The position numbers and the translations under genes were made by a program. Shown here in pieces: positions 1 through 13,277 of a DNA stretch of 64,000 nucleotides (positions within the stretch are counted from its first letter, which is position 1; the number at the start of each line of letters is the position of its first letter). The DNA is taken from contig OX597819.1 of NCBI GenBank assembly GCA_951406725.2, positions 95,046,001 through 95,110,000 on the forward strand, written 5' to 3'. This DNA is from Octopus vulgaris. Its lineage: Eukaryota. A model generated the notes under the pieces. It worked only from the letters and a program-made list of their open reading frames with translations. It was not told the DNA's origin and did no database searches.

Positions 1-1014
1 TCTTGAGCTATTGCCAAGTCTTCACATTTTTAGTCTTGATCCAATGCCTATCTTTTTACAAAATGATTTTGCCTATCACATATACTATTCTACTTTTTTG
101 ATCCAAATTTTTGTTGCATGGGATCAAAACTATGAAGTTCTTCATGCTTTCTTCTATCACTGATGCTAAGATATATATATTTTACTTTTAAAATAAAAAA
201 AGTTATTTATATCTAAACTTGTTTGGAGGCATTACTTACTCTCCTAAAATGTTGCTACAAATTTTGATGTAAACTTTTTTCTACTGGACTAGCCCTCTTC
301 AAAAATATAAACAGTTTTTAATTTGGTTTAGAACTGAATTAACGACAAAGCTTTGAAGATGCTGCCTGTGAGCAAATTGTGGCCTTAAGAATATTATTCA
401 ACTACTACCATAGTTGAATGATTGAGCAATTACTCTTTATTTTAATATAGTTTGTCTATAGTTTTATTGTTGTTTAATTAAAACCTGAATGAACAAACTA
501 ATGAACAAAGGTATTTCAGTTGTAGCCATACTGTCTTTTTAGGATACATTTATCTAATGTGTTCATTACTTATTTAAGATAGTAGAATCTGACCTGAAGG
601 AGATTTTGCTGCCATGTTTATCAGGTTCAGTGATCATCTATGGTTCCTTTGTTGGTTTGTGTAATGTATCTATGGTGTATCTAGGTTAATGTTGTCAAGT
701 TCATTTTTTCAACAATATACACTTTATAAGGCTTTAACTGGACATTGCAAATCAACAAACATTTGGAAATTGTATTATACCCCAGATAGTTACAAAAATA
801 AGCATTATCTACTTATTTTTGCTTGTCTATATCTTAGCTTAAAACTACAGCTTTTACCTTGAAAACATTGATATAATATAAGCCACTGAACTTCTGGTTA
901 GCAGTTCATTATCTTATTTACTCAGTTCCCTATAAATCCCATTAGAAAGAATAGTATTGTCCAATTCCAGTAGTACTGCATGGAGAAGGACATTAGTGAC
1001 AAAGTTGACTGAAG

Positions 1015-1520
1015 TAGTTATACAGAACTGTTATGATGAATGAACATTCATGTAGAATGATTATGTTGAACAACTATATAATACACACACACACACAGAA
1101 CAGTTATGCTGTTAAATCTCAGAACAACTTTGATTGAGCAGACCTGTCAGCAAAGGTATTCCCATCATATCCATTCCGTCTTTTTTCGGAGCATTTAGGA
1201 TTACATTAGCAAATGTGTTTGCCTTTCCATAAATTGTAAGGAATAATATGAGGAAGATGTAGTTGCTATTTCTACCAGATTGAGAGGCTGCATAGAAGGT
1301 CCCTCATTGGTTCATATAGTTATGCAGCAGCTATACATAACATTTATGTTGGATAGTTATTTATGCAGAACAGTTTTGTAGACAGTTATGCCAAACATGC
1401 TCAACAATTATGTAGAACAACTATGCAATCATGTAGTAAGGCTTTATATAACAGTTATACAGAACAGTTATGTAGAGCAGTTGTATGGAACAGCTATATA
1501 GTAAAACTGACTGAACAGTG
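1015..1520. repeat. Degenerate ~13-bp minisatellite (GTAGAACAGTTAT-like), split by an interspersed repeat at ~1105-1312
   Basis: Recurrent agaacagttat / agaacaactat / ggaacagctat units; accounts for the spurious ORF 1363-1644. Confidence 0.65.
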
Positions 1521-2349
1521 GTGGGGCCAACTTCTACACCCTTACATGCGAAATGATAATATGTGGTGGAATGGTAATTATTCCACGTTGAATTTTTCTG
1601 ATACATTTAGATTTTCCTTGCCTAAGGAGTGCATAATGCAGTAGTACAATTACATCTCTCTCTCTCTCTCTCTACTTACTACATGACTAAAATAAGTTAG
1701 TGCAAGCAGTTAAAATTTTCTTGCATGCCACATTAAGTGAGTTTGTGGTTACCAGCTATTTTCCATGTGGCTGACCTCTCTAGGTAATTTCCATTGGTTG
1801 CTATGCCTCCTTGAGTGGATTATGGTACAAGAATAATACAGTAATACATTTAGAAATCTTCATATTTGGTGGTGATGGTAGTGGTAGAACTACTTGCATG
1901 GAATTAAGACTGATTGGCAATGTTCATGATCTTGATGGATGGGAAAAAGAAAAAGTGTTGAAGAATTGGAAGAAGAGAGATGAGAAGATAGGGGAAATGA
2001 ATAAGAAAAATAATAATAACAGTAGAATAAGTTGGAAAATAAAGATAAAAGTAAAACAAAAATGTAGAGAAAGATATAGTGAGAAAGAGAGAAGGATTGA
2101 CAGGGATAGACAGATATAGGTAGGTAAAGAATGCTGAAAAGAGAACATTAAGCCACTGAAAGTATGAGAACTTTGTTTATTGCTTTGCTCAGGTGGTGCT
2201 AATGAAACCATACAGAAACAACATTCACGCATGTATACATACATCTACACACAACCACACACAGACACACCTATACACATAAACATCTCTAAACACACTG
2301 TCTTTTTAGGATACATTTACACACATACACAGACATATCTATATATAGT

Positions 2350-2510
2350 GACTTCCTTTTAGTTTCTGTCTACCAATTCTAATTCTACTCACAAGACATT
2401 GTTGAACCTGAGGCTACAGTAGGAGACACTTGTTGAAAGTTCCATGCGATGGTACTGATCCCAAAACCATGTGGCTGTGAAGCAAACTTTATAAATACAC
2501 AGCCCTGCTG
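2350..2510 (-). mobile_element. tRNA-derived SINE head (family A), decayed
   Basis: tttagtttctgtctaccaa...gaggctacagtaggagacacttg...ggtactgatcccaaaaccatgtgg aligns with the better preserved copy at 62815-62935. Confidence 0.7.
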
Positions 2511-3377
2511 GTACCTAATCATGACTGCACAGAATATAAAGGAAAAAGAAATTGAATTTGGAAAATAACAAATGTCATAAGAAGCCTGAAAGCATGCAGG
2601 CTGTTTGTTTGTTTGTATACATCTGTCTGTGTATCTAACATGGCCTTAAAGAAGAGATATTTCATCAAGATTGCAGCTTGCACAGTGGAGACAGTCACCT
2701 TCTATTTAAATAAAGAGCTGTGGCATGGACGGTGGTGGTACCACTTGAAATTGTCATGCTAAAGCTGTTGATATTTGAAAAATGGTCAAAGTAAATAGGG
2801 AAGCTACAGCAAAAGGTGAGGAAGACATGATAGAGAAGTGTCAAACCGCTTAAATGATCTTCCTGCACAGACCACCACCACCACCACCAACCCACTATCC
2901 TCAACACATACATACACACAGCTTCCACTGTCTTATATACTTTATGCCTGCATTTCAGTATGATATATGACACGCACTCATACATGTGTACATACAAACA
3001 TACACTGATAGCAATGTCACAGATATAGGTGAGGCACATACACACAAATCTAATTATATTACACACACAGAAAAATGCACATAGTTAAAAGAATAAGTCA
3101 ACAGTAGTATATTATATATATATATTATATATACAAACACATATATATGTACAAATGCAGTGACACACACATACCACACATAAAAAAATTATACAAGTGT
3201 GCACAGACAGTAACATTCACAAATGCTGTGCGAGAATACACACATACAATGCCACATATAAACTATTACAAATGTATTTATATATGTGTGTGTATGTGTT
3301 TGTGTGTGCATGTAAGCATATATACACATAGTAATGCAATCACAAATGCAATTTAATATATGTACAAGATGCAGATA

Positions 3378-3525
3378 TAGCCATGTGGTTAAGAATTTCT
3401 TTTTCACTCTTGTGGTTCTAAGTTCAATCCCACACCACGGCACTGGAGGCAAGTGTTTGCTACTTAACCGCCAGTTCACCAATATTTCGTATATAGGATT
3501 TGATAGACAGAAACTGTGTGAAGAT
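3378..3525 (+). mobile_element. tRNA-derived SINE head (family A)
   Basis: A-box-like tagccatgtggttaag, B-box-like agttcaatccc, then ggcaagtgt...gatagacagaaactg as in the other family A copies. Confidence 0.7.
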
Positions 3526-3964
3526 ATGTTGACGTTTGTATATGCACGTGCTGTTGTCTATCTCCAATTCAACCTTGACTGAGCAAATCAATGATCAAAA
3601 GGACTTCAACCATGACCACCTCATTGTTTTAGGGGTATATATCTAGGATCAAATTTGTTCAAAGTGTCTTTGCACATTTAAGAGGTTGGGTTTGATATGA
3701 GGGAGACTTGGGTGCCTCTAACAGATGCCTTTGTTTAGCTCAATGTGTTTTAATATACCAGTGTGAATCACAGTATCATGTTATGCTTGTTTTTTTTTTA
3801 TGACTCAAAAGGAAAATTTTAACCCTTTGATAAATAAAAATAAAAAATAAACACCAAACTGAAATAGATACTGGGGTTCGTTTGACTGATTAAAAAGGTT
3901 CTTGAAGACAAAGCACCAGTATGGTCACAATCCAATGGATAGAACCAGTAAAAGAAATAAAAGC

Positions 3965-4310
3965 ACACAACCATTGGTTCACATGCATACAGTTGCCTCT
4001 GTTTTTTCCATTGCTACTACGATGACCACTATTCTTTGCAGCAGGCTGGTGTTATACCTACTCCATTCAGATAATCCCTACCCACTTGTCTATCCACTAC
4101 TTGTCATCCTTGGTGTATCTACACCACCTCAGCTCCACACTAACCACTGTGCCAAGTCTTTTCTCCCCAGTTCATCAACCCTCTGGAATCTTCTTCTGCT
4201 CATGTCTTTCTTGCAGGCTTTGACCAGCCACTGATTAAATAGATCATAAACAGCATCAAGCTCACAAGTTTCAGAGGACCTACAAAGGACAAGGGCACTG
4301 TTCCTTTCTC
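3965..4310 (+). mobile_element. CR1/L2/Jockey-type LINE 3' fragment
   Basis: Translates to HTNHCAKSFLPSSSTLWNL (SFFPRT..LWN.LP C-terminal motif); related pieces at 15470-16060 (-), 28560-28770 (-) and 42880-43050 (+). Confidence 0.6.
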
Positions 4311-5122
4311 CAAACCCAGTAAATGGAAAGGAAAATACAAACACAGTCTCAAATGATTTTTCACACATGCATGCACACACACACATGCATGCACACACAC
4401 ACACATGCATGCACACATGGCATATTCTGTTGGTTAGCCAGTTCTGCTATAGTCAATCAAAAACAAAAACTTTCAAACATTATTTTATTTTGAAAAAGTA
4501 AATAAGAAATAATCAAAAAATGTTTCAAACTCGTATCAAATTTTTGGAATATTTCCCTGAAAAATTTCATTTTGTAATTTATTTATATATATATTTATTT
4601 ATTTATTATGTTTTGTCTTGTAAGCTCTATACTTTTTATCTATATTCATGCAAACTTGGTATATCTGCACAAAAGCAGTTTTCTGTTTGCTTGTTTTTTT
4701 TTGTTTTTTTTTTATATATATAAAAGCATATTCCGCCCATCAATGAAAATGAAAATTTAAATTAATTCTTCCTATTGCTTGAAATTTATTATTTTCCAAA
4801 TGACACAGTGAATAATTTTAAAAATATGAATAACTTTATGATGATGATGACGATGATCATTATTATCACACAGAATCATAATAACTACTAGTTGAATAAC
4901 AACAACAACAACAGCATTATTATTATTATTGTGGTTGTTATCATGATTATTATTATTATTATTATTATTATTATGCTTGTTCCTGCATTCCTTCTGTTTC
5001 ATCCATGTTATGATTATGTCATCAAGGGAAGTTATAACTTGAAAGTAGAAATAAATACAGAAAGAGAGAGAAAGGGAAACAAAGCAATAAATGAAATGGG
5101 GAAATGCAAATAGTTGAATCAG

Positions 5123-5126
<4 letters not shown>

Positions 5127-5187
<61 letters not shown>
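5127..5187. repeat. (GA)n microsatellite
   Basis: About 30 perfect GA units. Confidence 0.95.
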
Positions 5188-5190
<3 letters not shown>

Positions 5191-5856
5191 AAGGGTCTAT
5201 ATTATTAGAGAGAGTGATAGATAGGTAGCTAGCTAGCTAGATAGCTAATGTTCAGTTTTGTCTTTTGCTTAACACCATTGTTTTTTCTTAACATTATGTG
5301 TTAACAAAAATGGAGATGAAATTATGTAAAAATATTTTTCTTAAATATAATGCTTGAATTTTTTTAAAGACTTCATTTGTAAGTTGCATTACAATAAATT
5401 TTAACCTCTCTTAACATGGATATGTAGTGAGCATTATAGTTTTATTTAGGAGAAAGGAAATATAATATGATATTCATATCTTGCTGGTCACCCAATATTA
5501 ATACCTGGACTCATGTATTTGTACACAATGATGCTGTTAAGCACCCTTGAAGGCAATTTATTCTTGTCCATACCATGTGTTAAAATCTAAACCAAAGTAT
5601 ATGGCTTTGAACATTTAGGGGAGACAGGAGACTGTCAGTGTTGATCAACTTAGGCAGGCTTTCATCGAGTCTATTCCCCTACCACAGCACTCCTCTATCT
5701 CTTCTGTCACACCTAAGCAATCCACATATAAATGTAACATATTATCTAACAACAGTGCATTTCATATGGACAGGGCAACCAAAAGAGGAAGAAGAGTACA
5801 TTGGCCAACTAGGTAAACTCCCATGTTTTTATTAACACATACACACACATACAAAC

Positions 5857-5887
<31 letters not shown>

Positions 5888-7556
5888 CAGACACACACAC
5901 ACAATGTTTTCTTTTTATAGCACCCAAGAAAAAAGAAAAAGAACTGCAGAATTTTGCATTTTTGATGTTTTCTACAACAGGAGAGTTCATGATTGTTCAG
6001 AAATATTACGATGTGTTGCTATAATACCTCCATTCACAATTTGGATATTCTACAGGATTATTAAATTAACACTAGGACTTGACTGGTACTCTATTTTATA
6101 TATCTAAAAAACTGAAAGGTGGAGTTGGTCACAGTGAGGTCTGAACTTGGAACATTATGGACCATAACTAAAGAGAACAAACATTTTGTTAAATGCTCTA
6201 CAAACTCTAAAATTTCTATGAAGAAAATATTTAGACATTGAACTGCAGCCAATTTCTTATGCCTGCCATAGAAATCAGCTCTTGGTTTAAGTGCAGCTGC
6301 TGCATTTGTGCAGTGGAAGTAATAGAATGAAGCTTGCAAGTAAATACTTGAAATAAAATTCAACTTTCACAACTATCCTTCAGTCAGTTTCTGCAGGAAT
6401 TTTTAAAAGCTGCCATTAGTACCATAGTTGAATAATAGTCTTCTCTAACATGTTACATGTGGTGAGAAAATATATGTGAAGAAGACAGTAAAGACAACTA
6501 TGGTGGTGGAGATGGGGGGGTTGTGTTGGTGGAGGAGGGGAAGGAAGTGAAAGAAAACAAAAGGAGAAAGAAAGAAATTAGCCAAAAAGATGAAGAATGT
6601 GGAGTCTCAAGGCTGCTCTTGACTTCTAATGGAAATAAATTGAGGAAGTGAGAATAGTAGTGAACTACCAGCTCATTCACAAAACCAAATCCACTGCAGG
6701 TTCTATATCCTCTCAGCACAGGCCCACTAGTATACAGTTGTTACATGTCACTTGACCAGCTAGAAATAGATACAATATTTCCCTCAAGTCATACCCTACC
6801 ATCTTAAAAAAGATCACATTAGACAATATAGCCTGGGGCACACAATGTTTAAAAGATGATACTGGATGTCCATAGTGAGGAAACTTTTGATCATAGGTCT
6901 ATAGACAAAACTGACCAGGGGCTGAACTAAAACAATAGCAACTACCTGTCTCTTACCCTTCCAACACCCTTAATTTCAACTCTTAGACCTTACACTAAAC
7001 ACTTTCCTAGTCCTTCCATGAACTTCATCCCACTGGTGATTTTCTTGCAACTATTTGACCTACAAAAGTCCAAACTAACATCATCCACATAAATTTTATC
7101 TGTCTGGGATGATCTACAAATATCATGAGTACTGCTTTCACCTCTAAATAACATTTCCCACCTTACCAGAACTTTATTGCATTTTTGTTGAGTAGAGTAA
7201 ATGTTACATGCCTTAGTTAAGAGTGATATCAAGAATAGGGTCCATTCACATCATCTGGGAATGTTAATGTTAGCTAAAACAGATCAGTGTCTACCCAGAG
7301 AATGTTTTTTTCTCATATCTGTTTAATACTATTAATCAAAGATAAGCAACGACCTTTAAAAGTCATGTTTTGCAAATGTAAATAAAAAAAAAGAGAGAGA
7401 AATCATCATTTGCAATAACAATATTTACTCCCTTCTTAGTAGCCAGAATAGTTACCATGAAGGAGGTATAGTTCATTGCTGTAGGCTAATGGAACACTGT
7501 GTATTTAATGCACAACCTATTAGTTTGCTTAAATGGCTTTCTGCTGTATCACCAAT

Positions 7557-7793
7557 TGTTATGACGATACTTTTTTTTACACTGTAACCATGTAGTAACA
7601 ATAAAACATATAACGAAGCAGGGTAACAACAAACTATGCATGAACCAACAAACGATATTCTGACAAACTACCAAAATGACATCTTATGACTTCCTGCGAT
7701 TAACACCTACTCTCCTCCACTCAGACCACTAGTATTTATAGTTGTTTGGTTAAGTCTATTCTTGCAGAGGTTGTTGTGATTCTCACCACATCA
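7557..7793 (-). repeat. 3' LTR of the Gypsy element
   Basis: TGTTATGAC...CACATCA termini; aligns with 10716-10976; abutted by tctctccttct (PPT on minus strand). Confidence 0.9.
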
Positions 7794-7804
7794 TCTCTCC
7801 TTCT
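7794..7804 (-). other. Polypurine tract (PPT)
   Basis: Minus strand AGAAGGAGAGA immediately upstream of the 3' LTR. Confidence 0.8.
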
Positions 7805-7949
7805 GAGATTTCGACTTCTGTAGGAAACAAAATTTATTTTATTATTATTATTTTTTTCTTTCTTTCCAACACCTCTGCCTTTTTGAAATTTTGCTACCCT
7901 AGGGAGTTCAGTACCTTTTCTGCTTAGGAATTATTTCTAAATGTTCAGT

Positions 7950-9720
7950 CTATTTACGTTTTCTGTGATTGCTCCTTCTAGGCTCATTCTCTTTCAGTAC
8001 TGGCACATCGAGCAGGTCATAAAACACTTCCATTGGAATTTCCTTCCTTTCTTCTGTATGTCTGGTTTTTAATTTATTTAGATATCGTTTATGCGCCCAT
8101 TGTTGGTCTTTTATTAAATACATCATGTTTCCAATTCTTTTAGTCACTACACCATCCTGCCGACTCTCTTTACCATTCTTGTATACTTTGAAATGGACTT
8201 TGTCTCCAACATCAAAATGTTTAGTTGAATTTTTTGTGTTTTCTCTATACATTTTTCCTTTACCAAAAATTTGTCGAAGATCAGTTTAATCTATTGAGTG
8301 AACATTGGCTCTACTGTGGAGAAATCTGTGAAATTGCTTCACGGCAAAAATAATTGCAAGAGCTTCTTTCTCCATCGGACAGTAGTTTTTTTCTGCTGCA
8401 ATCAGAGCGCGTGAGGCATAGTTCATATTACCATCTTTATAATTGTGTAGCAAAACTGCTCCTACACCATATTCAGAAGTGTCAGAAGCTACAACAATCT
8501 CTGCTGCAGGATTAAAATGAGCCAGTGACAAATTCGAAATTGATATCTTTTTAATATCCTGAAACACCTTTTGACAGTTATTTGACCAATTCCATTTGGC
8601 GTCTTTCTTTAGCAAATTATTAAGTGGAGCTCTCAATTCATATGTTTGGTATGTAATTTTGATAATAATTCACTAGGCCAAGAAAAGTTTGTAATGTTAG
8701 TGGGAGGAGGCATATTTTAAATTGTGTCTGCCCCTGATGGGTCAGTTCATCTTCCATTTTTATCTATAATTTGTCCTAAATATCTAATTTTAGGCAAAAA
8801 TAATTCACATTTCTCCTCACTGAGAGTGAAACCATAATCTCTTACTTTTTGATAAGCATACTTCACATGTTTGATATGCTGATCATGAGATTCACTTTTA
8901 ATTAATACATCATTGAGGTATGGAATTGTAAATTAACAGTCTGCCAACATCACATCCATAACCTGCTGAAATATTGCAGACCAAATGGCAATCTATTATA
9001 TTTGTATAGTCTTCTGTGCATATTCACTGTTAGAAGCTTTGTGCATTTTTCATCTACATTAATTTGCAGGTATACATCAGACAGATCCAGTTTCGAAAAA
9101 ATTTTGTCACCATTTAACTTTGCAAAAACATCTTCCGAAGTAGGCAGTGGATAGTGGCACATTTTTAGACAGTCATTGAAACCAGTAGAAAAATCGGCAC
9201 ATACCCTGATTTTGTTATTTTTAATACACACAGTTGGTACTGCCCACTTAAAATAGGCCTCAGTCTCAGAAGAGAGACCCAATTTATCCAACAACAAGTT
9301 TTTAATTTTTCATCAATTCAGCTGCTGAGTTATTTTCACTGGTGGGACAGCCATTTATTTTTTTACAGAACAAACTTATGGGGAGGTCCCCATAAGTCAG
9401 ACAACTCCAACCAGTCGTTCCAAACAGACTGGTTGTGTTTTTTACCATAAAAACTTTTGTTCTCCAGGTTTTTCCCCAAAATGTGATATCACTCCATATT
9501 TCACCTATGAAGTGTAGTTTTTCACTGGTCATGCCTCATGCAATTTTTGATGTTTTTATTAATGTAGGTTTCCCAATTCTTTTCTACATGTTGGTATTGA
9601 TAACTGAGATGTCACTACTAGTATCTTGTAATTTAATATTCACTTCATTTACTTTTACATGCACAAATCTCCTCTTTTTGGTGTCACTTCTACTTTCTGT
9701 TGAGAAAATTTTAGAATTTT
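7950..9720 (-). pseudogene. pol: pol pseudogene (protease, RT, RNase H, integrase C-terminal remnant)
   Basis: Protease KLQDTSSDISVI (decayed DTGSD); RT WAVPTV..IRVCADFSTG..YPLPTSEDVFAKLNG..FSKLDLSD.YLQ..YNRLPFG and YLND (YLDD) near 8920; RNase H VVASDTSEYGVGAVL..YASRAL..AEKNY..EKEALAIIFAVK.FH; post-integrase FDVGDKV..G.V..RIGNMMY; many frameshifts and stops. Confidence 0.92.
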
Positions 9721-9779
9721 TCATTCTTGACCTTCCGAACTTTGTTTGCTCTGCAATGTGAGATCTTTGTGTCCTACTT

Positions 9780-10648
9780 TTTGGTAACTGTAACATTTTT
9801 GCGTTTTGAAAGGACAATACTTCCTGAAGTGTAGGACTCTACATCTGTATTATGGGTTTGGTCTTAACATTTTTCTTTTGTTTATACCTTCCAAGTTGAC
9901 ATGCTTGTACTTGGGAGAACTCCTTCTCTTCAATTTTCTGTATGTCCTGATGTAAGTTTACCATTCTTTGACACTCCTCTGCAACTGTCTGTAGGGTTAA
10001 ACTTTAGTCTGCTTGTTCAAGTTTTGTGAGAATTCTTAAATGTATCTCCACATCTTTGTTTGCCATCAGCCCTTGTACAAAAATGAGGCACTTAAACAGG
10101 TCAGGAGTCAGTTCCTCCAGTTTAAACATTTCGCACATTCTGTTTACAGTCCCGGTATATGTGACAAAGTCTTCATCCACTTCTTTAACAAGATTCCAAC
10201 ATTCCCATCGAGTATTAAATAGGGGATTCTTATCACTGAATATTTTTGATAGTAATTCAACTGTTTCCTGGAAACAAATTTCACTAGTATTTTGTGGGTA
10301 GTATAAGATTACAATATTTTTCATGTTCAGCCAGTGCTAATTTATGTTATAATGGTCTTACTTTTTCATTGCCCATCCACGATTTGCAATCTTCCCTGAA
10401 GATTTCTTCATACCTTCTAAAGTACACTACAAACGTTATACCCTCCTCTTGGTCATAACTGTTACAGAGTTCGATACGCCATCTGGCAAAAACAATATTA
10501 TAGTGTTTCCAGACTTCTTAAGACATAGCTCCATAAACTGTTGTTGTTTATGTTTTTCCTGTTGCTGAAGTAGTTGCTTCTGCAACTCTTGTCACTGTTC
10601 TTGCTGCTGTTTTTGCAACTGTATTATAGAAGCTAATAGGTCTTCCAT
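9780..10648 (-). pseudogene. gag: gag pseudogene
   Basis: ATG at 10648 (MEDLLASIIQLQKQQQEQ); ORF 10004-10324 FQETVELLSKIFSDKNPLFNTRWEC..EDFVTY...LTPDLFKCLIFVQGL resembles this clade's gag. Confidence 0.8.
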
Positions 10649-10700
10649 CATTAACAACATTGTATCACAAAAATTTGTTAACTGACTTGCATGAGCTTCG

Positions 10701-10713
10701 ATCCTTGTCGCCA
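10701..10713 (-). other. Primer-binding site, probably tRNA-Ser(GCU)
   Basis: Minus strand TGGCGACAAGGAT 2 nt from the 5' LTR; one mismatch to the complement of the ...ATCCTCGTCGCCA tRNA 3' end. Confidence 0.8.
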
Positions 10714-10715
10714 AT

Positions 10716-10976
10716 TATTATGATGACACTCTTTTACACTATAACCATGTAGTCACAATAAAACATATAACAAAGTAGGGTCACAACAACATAACAATCC
10801 AACAAACTCTCCATGTACTATACACGGACCAACAAATGATATTCCAGCAAACTACCAAAACAACACCTTATGACTTCCTACAATTAACTCCCACTCTCCT
10901 CTGCTCAGACCGCTACTATTTATAGTCTTTCAGCCAAGCCTATTCTTTCAGGGGTGTTGTGACTCTGGCCACAACA
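10716..10976 (-). repeat. 5' LTR of the Gypsy element
   Basis: TATTATGATGAC...CCACAACA; about 15-20% diverged by eye from the 3' LTR, plus a ~25-30 bp indel. Confidence 0.9.
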
Positions 10977-13114
10977 ACAATGGACAGCAGTACTGTTAAA
11001 AATCAACAAGTATGTTAAAACCAACAGCAATATTCTGCAGAAGCAGAGATTTGACTGATTTACTATATTTTTCAAGTTCAATGTCTCACTGTTCTGAGTT
11101 CACATTCTACTGATACCAACATTAACTTGCATCCAACAAGCCAATAAGGAAAGGAACCTCTCTAGATTATTCATAAAAGTCAGTTCAATCAGGGTTGACC
11201 TGGGGCTATATAACAACAACCTTTTACCCTATTCAGAGACTTAAAGAAAAATAAAGAAACAGTAAGCCATTAATATTGAGTATTTTGGAGTCAAGGGTAC
11301 AGAGTAAAAGCTTTTGCTTATGTTGATGGTAGTTAGGAGGTGCCTGTGGGGTACCTTTTGCATTTATGAATCCAACATGCAAGGTTTGTGAGTAATGTGG
11401 GGTTTGTTATTTAGCCCTGCGACTAGCTTAAAAGACTCCTATGATCAAAAGCATTCCAACCATGACCATCCCCTTTTATTTATGTAGGACTACATTATCC
11501 AATGTGTCCTTCTGATTTACACTGTGATTCAAGAGATTTGGTTACTATGTCTTGCAGGTCAGTATCCACTTTGATGCTATTGGTGGTTGAGTTTAGTGGT
11601 CAGAATCCATACTGCAATTCATAAAAATTTTCTGGAGAAGCCTTTAGATAAACTTGAGGATGGATTTTCTAAAATTTTAAGAGCATACAAAGGGAGCAAT
11701 ACAATCATCTGATTTTCGGTGGGGGGGGGGATTTAAAATAGTGGTGAATTTTTTCGGCTTCTAGGTTCTGGGGATCTTCAGTGATTCTTTTAGATTTTAG
11801 ATTTATATTTCAAAATGTTTGACTTTTTGAGATTTCCTTATTGCTTATATTACTGCTGCCGCAATTATTGTTGTTTAACCTCAAATAAACTCCAAGATCA
11901 AGTGTGTTCAACCACGATCAACTTGTCTAATTTTCAAGTATAGTATACTAAGGACTATTTTTTCCAATATGTTCTTCCTGCTTAAAATGATAGGATATAA
12001 ATAGATTTGGCTGCTATTTCTTGCAGTCTGAGCAACTGCTTTGGTTTATTCCCTTGCAGCTGTTATTATTGTTGCTGTCGTTGCTTCAAAAGGAGTTCAA
12101 TGTTTACAGTTCAAAATGAAGTGGTTAAAATGGCTTCAACTTGGAACTGACTTGAGATTTGAAACTTCTGGAGATAATTTTGCTATGAGGATTATATCTT
12201 GAGCAAATTTCATAGAGCAACTTATATTCTATTCAGAATGTGCCATTCCATTGGAACATTGTTATTATTGATGAAGGGGATAGTAAAAGTTTTGATTTCT
12301 AACTTAAATTGGCCCATTAATGCAAAAAGTTTAATTTTCCATTTTACAATTAATTCCAACTTAATAGCAAGGAAACTAAACATTATATATATAAAAGTCA
12401 TAAAAGTATGGTCATTTAAATAGTCCAAATTCATGAGGGAAAGTTAATATGTGAATGGTGAATAAATAGAAAAATAACAACTGTGCTTTGCATAATTTTA
12501 TGAGTGTCCCTGTTTTGGAATATTATACATTAATGGGTTAAGCAGTTTCAAGTGGCCATTGATCAGTATGTATTTCGGAAGGGACCGTCAAGTTGGAGAT
12601 AAAGAAAACAGCTTGGTGATAAGAATAGCAGACTTGAAGATATTAGTACAGTCAAGTCTGCTATTTTTGCAAATTGGAAACTCTACTCACTAATCTGTAC
12701 TTTTACAGTTTAGTAAATAAAGCCACCCATACTTTTAAACCGCAAATCTCAGATTCATGAAATATAAGTGTTCTGAGTTGACATGTACTTTCCGCTACAG
12801 TATGATACAGTATAATGTTCTTGAGGAAGAGAGAATCAGTATAAATAGTAGAATTTAGTTTTGTTGTTGCATGTTCTCAGCCTGGATTCTACCAAGTTGA
12901 TTAGATACAAGAAATAATATATTATGGTAATATACCACTTACGGTGAAAATGGTCTTGTACCAAGTCAAAATGAAGCCAATTTTTAAAAAGGAAAAATAC
13001 AGAACCTAAATATTTTAACATTATCTAGAGTACATACCTATATAATTTTCTTGCGAAATCCTACCTAATTCAACTTTACCTTTAATATCCTGAGAGTAAT
13101 AATGTAAAAATATT

Positions 13115-13277
13115 TCATCATCATAATCGTTTAATGTCTGCCTTCCATGCTAGCATGGGTTGGACGATTTTGACTGAGGGCTGGCGAACCAGACAGCAGC
13201 ACCAGGCTCCAATCTTGATCTGGCAGAGTTTCTACAGCTGGATGCCCTTACTAATGCCAACCACTCCGAGAGTGTAG
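13115..13277 (-). mobile_element. RTE LINE 3' end with (ATG)n tail
   Basis: catcat...tttaatgtctgccttccatgctagcatgggttggacg...ctggatgccctt matches 49011-49170. Confidence 0.8.

Larger units (their letters stand above)
7557..10976 (-). mobile_element. Ty3/Gypsy LTR retrotransposon (Mag/K02A2.6-like), decayed, integrase core missing
   Basis: Two homologous LTRs, PBS, PPT, 5-bp flanks ccaat/acaat (TSD with 1 mismatch), gag-PR-RT-RH order on the minus strand. Confidence 0.93.
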
